Assembly: GCF_009914755.1 (NCBI RefSeq)
Contig: NC_060942.1
DNA: 64,000 nt
Reading direction: 5' to 3' (one strand)
Source of the DNA: the human T2T-CHM13v2.0 reference genome, Homo sapiens
Both the position numbers and the translations under genes were made by a program. Position 1 is the first letter of the stretch. Every line of letters starts with the position of its first letter. Of the stretch, positions 36,737 through 48,518 are shown piece after piece. Under the pieces are notes generated by a model. The model saw only the letters and a list, made by a program, of their open reading frames with translations, did no database searches and had not been told where the DNA came from.

Positions 36737-39694
36737 CCCCCAGATGCCTAAAAATCTGTTTCCAGACCCAGACACATTTTGCATCTCTGACATTTAAGCT
36801 TTGCGATTTCTGCCGTAAACTCTCCAGGTCCTGTGCATGGTCCTCATTTGCCCTTAGCCCCACGCAGCCCAGCCTTGAGTCCAGCCATCTCCACGCCTGT
36901 AGATGGCACAGATCAAATCTTGACTTAATTCCCGAATGTCAATTCTGGGAAGGAAGGAGCTGCGTTTGTCCTGATCTCCACGGTAGATCCAGAGCCTTGA
37001 AAACAGCACAGCGTAAGAACTTGATACATATATTTGAATAAACAAGGTCAGCTTTCAGGACCCAGTCAAGGGAAACCCAGAAGGAGAAACCTCCTTGGCA
37101 CCCAGGGCCACTAAAATGCCCTTGAGAACCACGTAGCCTTCCTGGTCAGCCCGGGCCGCCCACTCGTGTCTCCCCGGTTCCCTCCGACCCTCCTGCACTC
37201 TTCCGTGCGCTGCTCCCAGGCCCTCTGACCTCCGTGCACACTCACCAGGTTCTGTGGTTCTCCTGCCTCTGGCACACACTAGGATGTACCTTCTGCTCCC
37301 CTTGTCGGTACGTGGGCTCCATGCAGCCATCCCAGCCAGTGGGCTGCGAAGACGCAGGTCAGCATGGGCTGAGAACAGAGCTGCTGGAGGGGCGCTTTCT
37401 TGTTTATATGGAAATGCCACCTTCGAAATGCTGGGTACTCCTGGGTTCCCAGTAAGCCTGGATCCCCAAGCGACCTTAATGAGCAGAGCTGGTAGTAGTA
37501 CCAAAAAGCAAAATTAATCTTTTCAGGTGTAAGTTACCTGTAGTCTGGGAACATTTGTTACCATTCCTTGCCTCACCTGAGCTGACAGAGAGGCTGATGG
37601 TGTCTCCTCCTCCTTTAATTGTATTTTAAATAAAGCTTTACCGTCCTATAGAACCAAAAAAATAAAATAAAATAAAATAAAAAACAGAGATTTCAAGATG
37701 TATAAAAGATTGAGCCTTGTCCCATCTCATATGCTGACTCCTTGGATTATTTAAACCCAAAGAACACTCAACATTGTTTGCAACTAAACTGGGTTTTGTC
37801 CCACTTTCTACTCATTCACTAAAAACACATTTGTTGGGAGTGTTTAGTAAACATCAAACATGCAATGATAACTCTGATTCAATCAAGAAGCTTGTAATTT
37901 AGCAGAATAGAAATATATCTTTGAGATAATGCTCAAATTCATTCTCAGAGAAAAAGCAGAAACTCACAAAAAGGAAATAGAGAGGTAGCAGGTACCCATA
38001 TTAATAGAAAACAGTATTTCTTGGGAAAGCATGGCTCAAGATATTAATTAATGGGAAAAGTGCAGCCTTTACCTGGCTCACACCTGCTCCCCTTACCTGG
38101 CCCACACCTCCTTCTCTAGGCTTCTCTCCACTGGGTTTCCTGCACGTCTATCCACACAGTGTAATTTATCTTCCTTGGAAAGAGAAAATAGCAAGAGAAA
38201 CATAAGCGTCAGAAGAACACGTCGGCCCTGGAACCTTCCAGTATGATGCTCCTTATATCCCATTTCCTTTTGGATGCTCCTCCATATCAAGGTATGCCCT
38301 TTTGCCAGCAGTCATTTTTACCCTTTCAAGGTCTGTGGCGCTTCCAGTTTCCGTGGGAACTCTTTTCTGCAAAATTCTGCCATTTTATTTCGAAGACTCT
38401 GGCCATGGTCTTCTTAGCCCTCCCGTAGAAGCGCGGTGCGCAGGAGGATGAGCCTGGGAGGCTGGCTCGGACACGTGCACTAAAGCCAGCTCCAGGCGAA
38501 GGGAGCCGCCACGGTGGAGAGAATGTCGACGTTTCTACACAAGCTCAAGACACTGTTCTGTGACTCTTGGAACTCGTCACCCTCTTTTAGCTTATACATC
38601 ATGTTGCTAGTGGATTTTGAAAGGGAAAATTTTGTGAGAAAATTTTCTTTAGGGGAGGCGTGTGTTTTGGGAACAGCTGTCCCCACACTTTCTTTCCGTG
38701 AGGGGGTAGCAGCACAGAGAAACTGGGGACCCTGAGGCTCAGAAGCAGCATAGCGCGGGCTTCCTTCCTGCCAGTCCCACCTTCAGGTGGCGGCAGTAAA
38801 CACAGTAAACACCACGCGTGGAGCTCGAGAAGGATCAGAGGAACCTAACAGGCCTCTCCTCCCTGAGAACGAGGCCTCCTCTGCAGCCGCACCTCCCCAA
38901 GAAGGAAGAGGCTGTGACCAGTGCCAGGGACAAACTTAATTAGCAGACTGAAAACATGTTTGCAGCTGAAGGATAGTTTAGAACATTCTATTAGCTAAAA
39001 ATTACCCCAAATCAAAATCCATGGGATCTGTTGGAGCTTCCTTCTAGAAATAGGAGAATACAAATCCCCTGCTTCACACACTTTGAAGGCACGATGTGTT
39101 GCTACACTGGGTTCAGGTTGGTTTCAGGTGACTCCTAATCCCACCTGACAGTCAGATTCTATCAGTGCTCTGTGAGGACAGAAGTATTTAAATCTATCTT
39201 TGCATGCTCCGCCCAGCATCTAGAACACTGCAAGTTCTAAACGAATGTCTGCTGATTTTTAATTTTCAGATGAAACCTATTTCTGCTATTATCCTTGTCA
39301 ATATTTGTAGATTTGAGGCATTTAAAAAAAATAAGTGGATAAGAGCTTCCCACTTCCAATACCACTGGCTCCATGACTGCAGAGACTAGGGGTTGCAACG
39401 CAGTGTCCGCTGCCTTATTCTGAAGTGTTTAAATTCGGAGTTTGGTGTGCAGAAGACATAAGGAGCCGATCTACTGTCATAAAATGTGCTGCATAAAATC
39501 ATAAACCAACTCTGAGAGCAGCAGCACCCGCAGCACACGGTCAAGGAGAGAGGGCGGCTTTGTATTTCAGACACTCCACAGCCCAATCGCTCCCCGTTTA
39601 CCGACTGAGGATGATAAACAACCAGCCTTTCTTGTACACAGAGGGCCTTAAATCCACGGGGCATATCAAGCCAAGTTCCACGGTTGGTCGAGGG

Positions 39695-39840
39695 ACACAC
39701 ACACACACACACACAGAGTCCTCATATACACACCATATATACAGTATAATTGTGTATACACTCACAAAATAGTATATATGTATCTATCTCCTATACACAC
39801 CTGTAGTATATATATATATCTATGTATATAAACACACACA
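39695..39840. repeat. (CA)n plus degenerate (TA)n microsatellite
   Basis: About 10 AC units at 39695-39715 followed by a TATA-rich tract. Confidence 0.85.
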
Positions 39841-41254
39841 ATTCATTATTTCTCTGTCTATGAAGACTAAGTCCATTTCCCAGCAGGTAACTTGTATCCA
39901 GCAAAATCACTATCAGTTGGATTTCTGCCTCCTTAAACCAGGCCCTACATCATTCTTTTTCTCCCACCAGCCAGGAACCTGAAGAAAGAATACAAATCAC
40001 ATTGCTATTTTGAGATGAAAATATTGCCTCAGTAACTGCAGCACTCTCCAGGATGCACGCAGCAGCGGCACGCAGGCCCAGCACGCACTCCCCGTAGTAA
40101 ATCTGGAGGATTTTTGCTCACACGAGTGTACTTTAGACAGCATGACGGAAGTACACTGCCACTGCACTTAATGGATTTATCAAATACCTTATTTCATGCT
40201 TTCTGCTTTTGATTTATGAATTTTGATCCTGGAGACAAGGGCCCTGTGAGTATTGATTGTGGAAAATGTCAGACTAACAGAAGTTAATTTCACTCGTACA
40301 TGTGGAAGTCTCCGATTCTCTGACAGCGCTGTCTACCAGGGATCAGCTGCCGAGCTTGAGTGACATGGTGCTGTCACCACGGCAGCCATCCCACCGGCAG
40401 GCGCCAGCCTTACCGTACCGTGTATTGAAGTGACACACAAATATGTATCTGGACGTGGGTATGTGGTGAGGCCGCAGTTGTGGGAAAGGTGGAGAAGTCC
40501 GATGAGCTGGAGGATCTGGCAGGGGAGGGATGTACGAGCTAGCCAGGCAGGTAGGGTGCCATGCCCCCGGGGCTTCACGCTTTTCATTGCAATATGCCTG
40601 ACAGGATAATGGAATGTCATTCTGCCAGCTCTTGAGCTGGTTAGGGACAGTTTATTTATTGATTGACTTTCTTTGTAAATTATCAATCTTTTTTATACTC
40701 CAGTCAATGAGTCATTACTTATGCAATAATATACTAATGTGGTGTCATGCAGCAGACACATCTTTAATCTAGTCTCGTGTCTAGGAGGTTGCATATCAAG
40801 GAACGAAATGGTTTTCTGAGCTGTAGTCTTAAGACTGTTCGCACAGGCTGAGCTACAAGACGGTGGTGTCTCGGCAACATTTCACAGTGCATCACACTGT
40901 TCTATTGATGCGTAGACGTTGGTGCAAATGACTATGTTTTAATATAATAAGCATAGACACATTAAATTAAAAAACAAAAAAAGCAAAGTAGAAATATGCA
41001 TAACAAACAGATTTTTCTATTGCAAAGATGGTGAAGCTAATGAAATCTCAGTTGCACTGTAACCTTTTAGTCAATAGCTTTTTATTCTTGGCCAAAAGTG
41101 TCTACATCCAAAGGTTGAATATTAAAAACCTTCCTTAAAGCCCTCAATAGCACCAGCCCCCTGTATCATATATCCCTTGAAGCTGAGAACATTGACTTTT
41201 AATGAATATGTAGCTCCTTTTAAGACTCGGTTTTCATTCTGAACACAGAAAATA

Positions 41255-42720
41255 ATTGTCTTTTATTTTGTTTTTAACTGACACATGATGTTGTACCTAT
41301 CTGTGGTTCAGTTTCAATATATGAATACATTCTGTAATAATTGAATCAGGGTACTTAGAATATCCACCTTCTCATGCATTTATCATATGTGGTGATAACA
41401 CTGAAAATCCTCTCTTCTGACTACTTGGCAACATACAATATAATATTGCCAAGCATAGTCACCTTCCTATTCTGGAATATCGGAACTTCTTCCTCCTATC
41501 CAACTGTGACTTTGTACCCGTTGGGCAGTCTCTAGACAGTAGCCCCTCTCCAGCCCCGGTAATCAATATTCTACTTTCTACGTCTAGGAGATCACCTTCT
41601 TTAGCTTCCACATATGAGTGAGAAAATGTGGTATTTGTCTTTCTGTGCTTGTTTTTTTTCACTTAGCATAATGTCTTCCAGATTCATCCACGTTGCTGCA
41701 AATGACAGGATGTCATTCTTTTATGACTGAATAGTATTCCATGGAGTATATATATCATAGTTTCTTTATCCACTTATCCATTGATGGACACTTAGCTTGA
41801 TTTCGTATCTTAGCTATTGTGAATTGTGCTGCCATAAACATGGCAGTGCAGCTATCTCTTCAACGTATCAATTTCATTTCCTTTGGAGGTATACCCAGTA
41901 GTGGAATTGCTGGGTCGTATGGTACGTTCTATTTTTAATTTTTTAAAGAACTTCCATACTGAGTTCCATAATGGTTGTACAATTTACATTCCCACCAACA
42001 GCGTATAAGATTTCTCCACATCTATGCCAGTATTTATTATTTCTTGTCTTTTTGATAATAGCTATTCTAGTTGAAATGAGGTGATATCTCATTGTGGTTT
42101 TGATTTGCATTTCCCTGATGATTAGTAATGTTGAACATTTTTTTCATACATTTGTTGGCCCTTTGTATGTCTTCCTTTGAGAATGTCTATTCAGGTTTTT
42201 TCCTCATTTTTACATTAAATTATTATTGTTATTTGCTATTGAGTTGTTTGAGTTTCCTATGTATTTTTAGTATTAACGTCTTGTCAGATGCATAGTTTGC
42301 AAATATTTTCTCCTATTCTGTAGGTTACCTTTCACTCCTGATTGTTTTCTTTTCTGTGTAGAAGCTTTTTAGTTTCACGTTATTCTATTTGTCTTTTTTT
42401 GCTTTTATTGCCTGTGATTTTGAGGTCTTATCCTTGAAAAATATTTGCTTAGACCAATGTTATAAAGCGTTTTCTCTAAGTTTTCTTCTAGTACTTTTAT
42501 ATTTCAAGCTTTTACATTTAAGTTTTTGTTCTACTTTGAATTGATTTTTGTATATGATGAGATAAAGGAATCTAGTATCATTATTCTGCATGTGGATATC
42601 CAGTTTTCCCAGCACTATTTATTGAAGGGACTGTCCTTTCCCTAATATATGTATGTTTGGTGCCTTTGTCAAAAATCAGTTTGATTTATGTGTCTACTTT
42701 TATGCCACTACCATGATGTT
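41255..42720 (-). mobile_element. 5'-truncated L1MA (3' UTR and end of ORF2) with target-site duplication
   Basis: TTTAGCTTCCACATATGAGTGAGAA, TACCCAGTAGTGGAATTGCTGG, TTTGATTTGCATTTCCCTGATG; TSD TTCTGAAC(A/C)CAGAA(A/G)ATA at 41237-41254 and 42721-42738. Confidence 0.92.
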
Positions 42721-43554
42721 TTCTGAACCCAGAAGATATTAAAACTATTTAACAATGAAATTTAAAATTTATTCAATGCTGTGATGAAATAATAAGCCAA
42801 TGTGTTTATTTTTGTTTGGCAATGCAAGGTTAAGCAACTTGAGAACTGAAGAGGTAAACATAGTTGACATTTAATGAATATACTTCATAAGTCAGATGTT
42901 CTCTGAAAGTTCTGAAATTCTGAGGCTGTTTGTTCTTCTAAATACTTTTCTTGACTGTTTTCATACATCTGAAAATGAGGAAAATAATAAATTAATGTCT
43001 TCTTGTTTTATGGCGCTATTTCACATTATCACACTGTGGTGTGGTTTTCTCAAGAGAGAAAGTATTTTCAGGTGAAGCTAAAAATTAACCAAAAGGGCTG
43101 TGACATGCAGCTCCCAGTAAGTGGACTCACCTCCCCCACAGTGCACTGACAAATGTATGCAATGTCCTGCCAGTGGTCTTTCAGCTCTCCAGCAACCCTG
43201 GTTGATGTTAGAGCACTTCTTGGGTGACAGGTGGTATTTGTTTGGATTTTAACATGAATATTATTTGATGTAGACCTAAAAATTAATAACAGCCTAACCA
43301 TTGCTTGTAATTTCAGTTGCTGTGTTTATGTAAAGTAATTTTATTGAGGTGCTCAATGTTTAGGATTTAGTCTATATTGAGTTTGGGATTCTTCTTGGGG
43401 CCTATCCTGTACTGTTGACATGAATGTAAATTGTTCTAGGGAAGGGCCAAAATAGTGCAGATGTAATAAACAGTTATCTCGCTATTTATAAAAATGACAC
43501 AGACCAGTGTAAGAGCCATTTATAAAAATGTAAACACATTTTTCGGTCTTGTTT

Positions 43555-43825
43555 GTTAATAAATCTTTATTGACATACAATAAACTGTGCATATTTGAAG
43601 TGTACAATGTGGTAAATGTGAATCTTGTTATACACCTATGAAACAATTACTGCACTCATGACAATAAACATCATCTCCCAGGGTTGGATTATGCATCTTC
43701 ACAAATGTTCCCTGTCACACCCGCTGCTCTCACTCCCCGCTCCCAGATAATCACCAATCTCCTCCTATCATTCTAGATTGGTTTGCATTTTTCTGGACTT
43801 AAATCAAGGGAATCATTCCCACAGC

Positions 43826-43856
<31 letters not shown>

Positions 43857-46745
43857 TACACACACATATATATACACACATATACATATATATACAAATA
43901 TATATATACACATATATACACATATATACATGTATATATACATATACATATATACATATATACATATGCGTATATACATATGTGTATATATACATATGCA
44001 TATATACATATGTGTATATACACATATGTATATATACATATACATATATACACATGTGTATATATACACATATGTATATATACATATACGTATATACACA
44101 TATGTATATATATACATATATACACATATATATTAATTATTTTTCTTGGCCTGTCTTCTTAATTCAGCACAATTATTTTGAGGTCTATCCATGTTGCTGC
44201 ATATTTACTTCCTTTTATTGCTGAATAGTATTTAATTTACATGAATACACCACAATTTGTTTATCTATTCATCTGCTGATTAACAATTAGGTTATTTCCA
44301 ATTTTTAGATATTAAAAAGTAAAGCTACTATGGAAGTTCATGTCCATGTCTTTGTATGGACATACACTTTCTTTTCTCTTGGGTAGGTACCTAGAAATGG
44401 AAAGGCTGGCTCACACAGTAGGTGTATTTTTAACTTTTGCAGAAATACCACATAGCATCTCAAATTGGATGCACCATTTACATTCCCACTAACAATATAT
44501 GAGTTCTAGGTGCTCCACCTCCTCTCCAAGACCCAGTGTGGTCAGACTTGCTGCTATATAGAAAAACAATCCCATATAGAAAAACAATTGTTTTTGTGTG
44601 TTTGTTGATCTTGAAACTTACAACCTTGCTAAATTCATTTATTAGTTATAACGGCTTCATTGTAGATTACACTGAGCTTTCTACATAGAAGATCATGTGG
44701 ACAGCAAACACCTAATCTGGGTAACTTTCTTTTATTTTTCTTGTGTTATCACACAAGTGAGAACCCTAATATAAAGTTGAAAACAGGTAATGAGAGAGTA
44801 CATTCTTATCTGGTTCTCACTCTTAGTGGATGATCTGTTAGTCTTTCACCATTTAAGCAGGATGTTAGTTAAAAGTTTTCCACAGGTACACTTTATCAGG
44901 TTAAAGGAAGTGCCTTCTACCCCTAGTTGGCTAAGAGTGTTTGTCAAGAATGGATGTTGGATTTGCCAAATGATTTTTCTGCATTTATAGAGATAATAAA
45001 ATTATTTTATTATTTTAGTTTGTTAATTGATTGTCTTTCAAATGATAAATCAAGCTTGCATACTGGGTTAAACCTTACTTTGTCCTGATATGTTGTCTTA
45101 TACTATTGGGTTGGATTTTCTAAAACTTTGTTTAAAATATTTGCTCAGGATTAACCAATGAAAGCATCTGAGCCTGGAGTTTTCTATGCGGAAAAACTTT
45201 TAACCATAAATTCAATTACTTTAATAAGCATAAAACTGTCCAGGCTTCCTGTTTCTTCTTGAGTGAGTTTTAGTCATTTGAATCTATGATGAAATTGTCC
45301 ATTTAGGTTATTGTCTGGGTTGTCAAATTAATTGGCATAAAGTCGTTCATAATATTTCTTGATAATTCTTTTAATATCTGTAGAGTATTTACTGATGCCG
45401 TCTCTCTCATTTCTGATATTGATGAATTGTCTTCTCTGTTTATTATTGGTCATTCTGTCTAGAAGTTTATCAATTATAGTGATCTTCTCAAAAAAATCTG
45501 GTTTTGGTTTTGATGATTTTTTATCTATTGTATTTCTGTTTTCTATTCATTGATGCTTGCTCTAATCTTTATTTCTTGTCTTCTGCTTACTTTGAATTTA
45601 ATTTGCCCCTTTTCCTCTATTTTATTAAAGCATAAGATAAGGCCATTCTTTTTTCCAATGTGTGCCTTTAATGCTGCTCATTTCAGCCTCAATATAACTT
45701 CAGCAGCATGACACAAATTTTAATGTAATGTATTTTCTAGTTTCCAGTTTGCCTTTTTATTTTTTTCTTTGACCCAGTTTTTCATTTGTTTGTTTTTGTT
45801 TTTGCTTTAGAAATACATTGTTTAATTTCCAAATATTTGAGGATTTGCTAGACTTCTTTCAGTTACCGATTTCTAATTTAATTCCATTCTTGCCAGAGAG
45901 ACTAACTGGTATGATCTTAATCTTTTAAAATATATGCAGGCTTTTCAATAATTTGATATATAAGCTGTCTTGATAAATGGTCTGTGTACATTTGCAAAGA
46001 ATATATATTCTGCTGTAGTTGGGTGAAATGTTGGATTGATATCACGAGGTCAAATTCGTCCAGTCAAACAGTATGAGTCCAGTCTGATTTTCGTCTTAAT
46101 AGGGTACTGAAGTTTCCCACTATAATTGTTGATTTATCTATTTTTCCTTATGGTGCCACCAGTTTTGGCTTTATGTATTTTGAAGCTATGTTATTAGATG
46201 CATAGATGTTCAGAATTGTTCTGTCCTCCTGTACATTTGGGCTTTTATCTTTATGAAATGACTTACCTCTGTCAATACTCTTTTTACTGGAGTCTACTTT
46301 TATATTTGTATGCCCACAGTAGCTTTCTTCTTATAATTGTTAGCCCAGTGTATCATTTTCTATCCTTTGGTTTTTAATCGATTTGTACCTTTATATTTAC
46401 ATTGTATGTGTGTGAGTTGTGTGTGTATGTGCATGCACGTCTGTGTGTGTTGTGGGCGGAATATTGTTGAGACTTGCTTTTTCTTCCCAATCTGACAATC
46501 TCTGTCTTTTTATTCGATTATTTAGACCAGTCACAGTTGATATGATTATTGCTGTTGTTAGAGATGTCTCTCAGCTAGCTGTTTGTTCCCTATGTGTCTG
46601 ATTTGTCTCTGTTCTCCATTCACTTATTTTTCTGACTTTGTATATATTAAATGAGCTTATTTTATGATTTTATTTTATTTTATTGACTTATTAGCTATAA
46701 CTCTTTGTTATTGCAGGGGTTGCTTTAGGTTTTATAGTATATGTA
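43555..46745 (-). mobile_element. Fragmented old L1 (L1MD/L1ME-type), 3' UTR plus ORF2 pieces
   Basis: TTTATTGACATACAATAAACTGTGCATATTTGAAGTGTACAA, TACCTAGAAATGGAAAGGCTGG, AGAATATATATTCTGCTGTAGTTGGGTG; interrupted by a microsatellite. Confidence 0.85.
43826..44132. repeat. Compound (TA)n/(CA)n/(TACATA)n microsatellite
   Basis: About 300 bp of near-pure alternating purine-pyrimidine inside the L1 3' UTR. Confidence 0.95.
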
Positions 46746-47277
46746 TGTGATAGGCAGAATAACGGCCTCCCAAAGATGTTCATGTTATACTCCCTGAAAC
46801 CTGTGCATATAGCATGTGACATAACTAAGAGAATTAAGTCTACAGAGGGGATCAAAACTGCAAATCAACTGACTTTATGATAGGGAGATTATCCATTGGC
46901 CCACGTAATCACAGTTCTTTAATGTGAAGAAGGAGGCAGATCATCAATGTTAGAGTGCTGTGATATGAGAAGGAATAAGGTGGCCATCTCTGGCATTGAA
47001 GATGGAAGACAGCCATGACCATCTCTGGTGCTGAAGATGGAAGACAGCTATGAGCCAAGGAATGCAGGCAGCCTCTGGAAGCTGAAAACGGTAAGAAAAT
47101 GCCTTCTCCACGACAGCCACTAGCAAGAAACTCAGCCCTGCCAAAGCCTGAATTTTAGCCAAATGAGATCCCTTCAGATGTATGGCCCCCATAACTGTTA
47201 GACAATATATTTATGTTGCTGTCAGTCACTGAGGTACTTTTGGTGATTTGTCATAGCAGCAATAAGAAACTAAGGCA
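46746..47277 (+). mobile_element. MLT1D/MLT1E solo LTR inserted in L1, with an internal 35-bp duplication (46981-47050)
   Basis: TGTGATAGGCAGAATAACGGCCTCCCAAAGATG...GCCAAGGAATGCAGGCAGCCTCTGGAAGCTG...AGCAGCAATAAGAAACTAAGGCA. Confidence 0.88.
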
Positions 47278-47435
47278 GCATACACCCGTAATTTAGCACT
47301 GTTTATCTTCAAATGTCATTATGTCATTTAATATAAGGACCTCATAAGAGTTTACTTTCATTTCTCCTCTTCCAGACGGTGTGCTATTCTTGTCATAAAT
47401 TTAGCTTGACATTACATTGGTATTATTGTTTCAAC
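47278..47435 (-). mobile_element. Continuation of the old L1 after the MLT1 insertion
   Basis: L1-like TACTTTCATTTCTCCTCT...TGTGCTATTCTTGTCATAAATTTTA resumes. Confidence 0.55.
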
Positions 47436-47459
47436 AGGGACTTAGAAGCAGAAGCCATG

Positions 47460-47876
47460 TCACAAAGTTTGGATATGTGTCCCCACCCAAATCCCATGTT
47501 GAAATGCAGCCCCCGTCATTGGAGGTGGGGCCTGGTGGGAGGTGCTTGGATCATTCGGGTGGATTTCTCATGAATGTTTAGCACCCTCCCCTTGATGCTG
47601 CCCTCAGGATAGCGAGTGAGTTCTTGAGAGATCTGGCGGTTTAAAAGTGTGTAGCACCTCCCTGCTCTCTCTCTTTTGCTCTTGCTTTCGCCACGTGACT
47701 GCCTGCTTCCTCTTTGCCTGCCACCATGATTGGAAGCTTCCTGAGGTCTCCTTAGAAGCAGATGCCACCATGCTTTCTGTACAGCCTGCAGAACTGTGAG
47801 CCAATTAAACCTCATTTCTTCTAAATTATCCAGTCCCAGATATTTCTTTATATCAGTGCAAGAACGGCCTCACACA
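47460..47876 (+). mobile_element. MSTA/MSTB solo LTR
   Basis: GTTTGGATATGTGTCCCCACCCAAATC...CTGTACAGCCTGCAGAACTGTGAGCCAATTAAACCTC; flanks CCATG/CCACA. Confidence 0.9.
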
Positions 47877-48168
47877 CCACATCTGTGTCTCTGGCAGCAG
47901 TGAGACAAGATAGTGGATCTCCCTGACGTTACCCCCAGACCCAGGGCTCATACGCCATAGGGGAGGAGTGGTTCACAAAGGATGTGTGTGACAATTGAAG
48001 TGCAATACCACCAAGATTGTTTGACCAAAGGGCAGGATTTATGGTAAGTCCATGCCCTTATGCAAGAAACAATAAACTGGAAATCTTGGAATCCTTCTTG
48101 AAAGATGGGTTAATCAGAAGCTGATGTCGTGGATTCATGTCCGAGATGGAGCTCCTTTTGCTGCCACA
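47877..48168 (-). mobile_element. LTR47-like LTR fragment (its left part probably at 47436-47459, split by the MST)
   Basis: GGGCAGGATTTATGGTAAGT...AATAAACTGGAAATCTT...GTTAATCAGAAG...GATGGAG...CCACA; subfamily from memory. Confidence 0.55.
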
Positions 48169-48389
48169 CCAAGCAAACTCCTACCCCAAACTTAAGCATT
48201 GTTCGTGGTATCTTTCTTCCAGGAAGAGTTTCCTTTCTGGACTGCCACTGGCATTAGTTTAAATGTACTCAGAATATATTTAAACTAGGGGATGGGCTCC
48301 TTCTGTTTCATGCCTCAGTTCCACTGTGCACATGTGGCCATCCTGCACCACCAATGACTTTGCTATTACTCTGTCTTCCCGCCTTCCGC

Positions 48390-48518
48390 ACTAGACTCTG
48401 AGCAGTCTGAGAGTAAGGAAACTGTTAGATTTCTTATCATCCTGAATAAGCATCATGCTTGACACATAATAGGTACCCAGTAATTAACTGTGGAGTGAAT
48501 AAATGAATGAACAAATGC
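48390..48518 (+). mobile_element. L2 3' end
   Basis: ACTAGACTCTGAGC...GACACATAATAGGTACCCAGTAA...GAATAAATGAATGAA. Confidence 0.7.

Noticed and set aside
43773-44224. Tyr/Ile/His-rich ORFs on both strands
   Set aside because: Microsatellite translation
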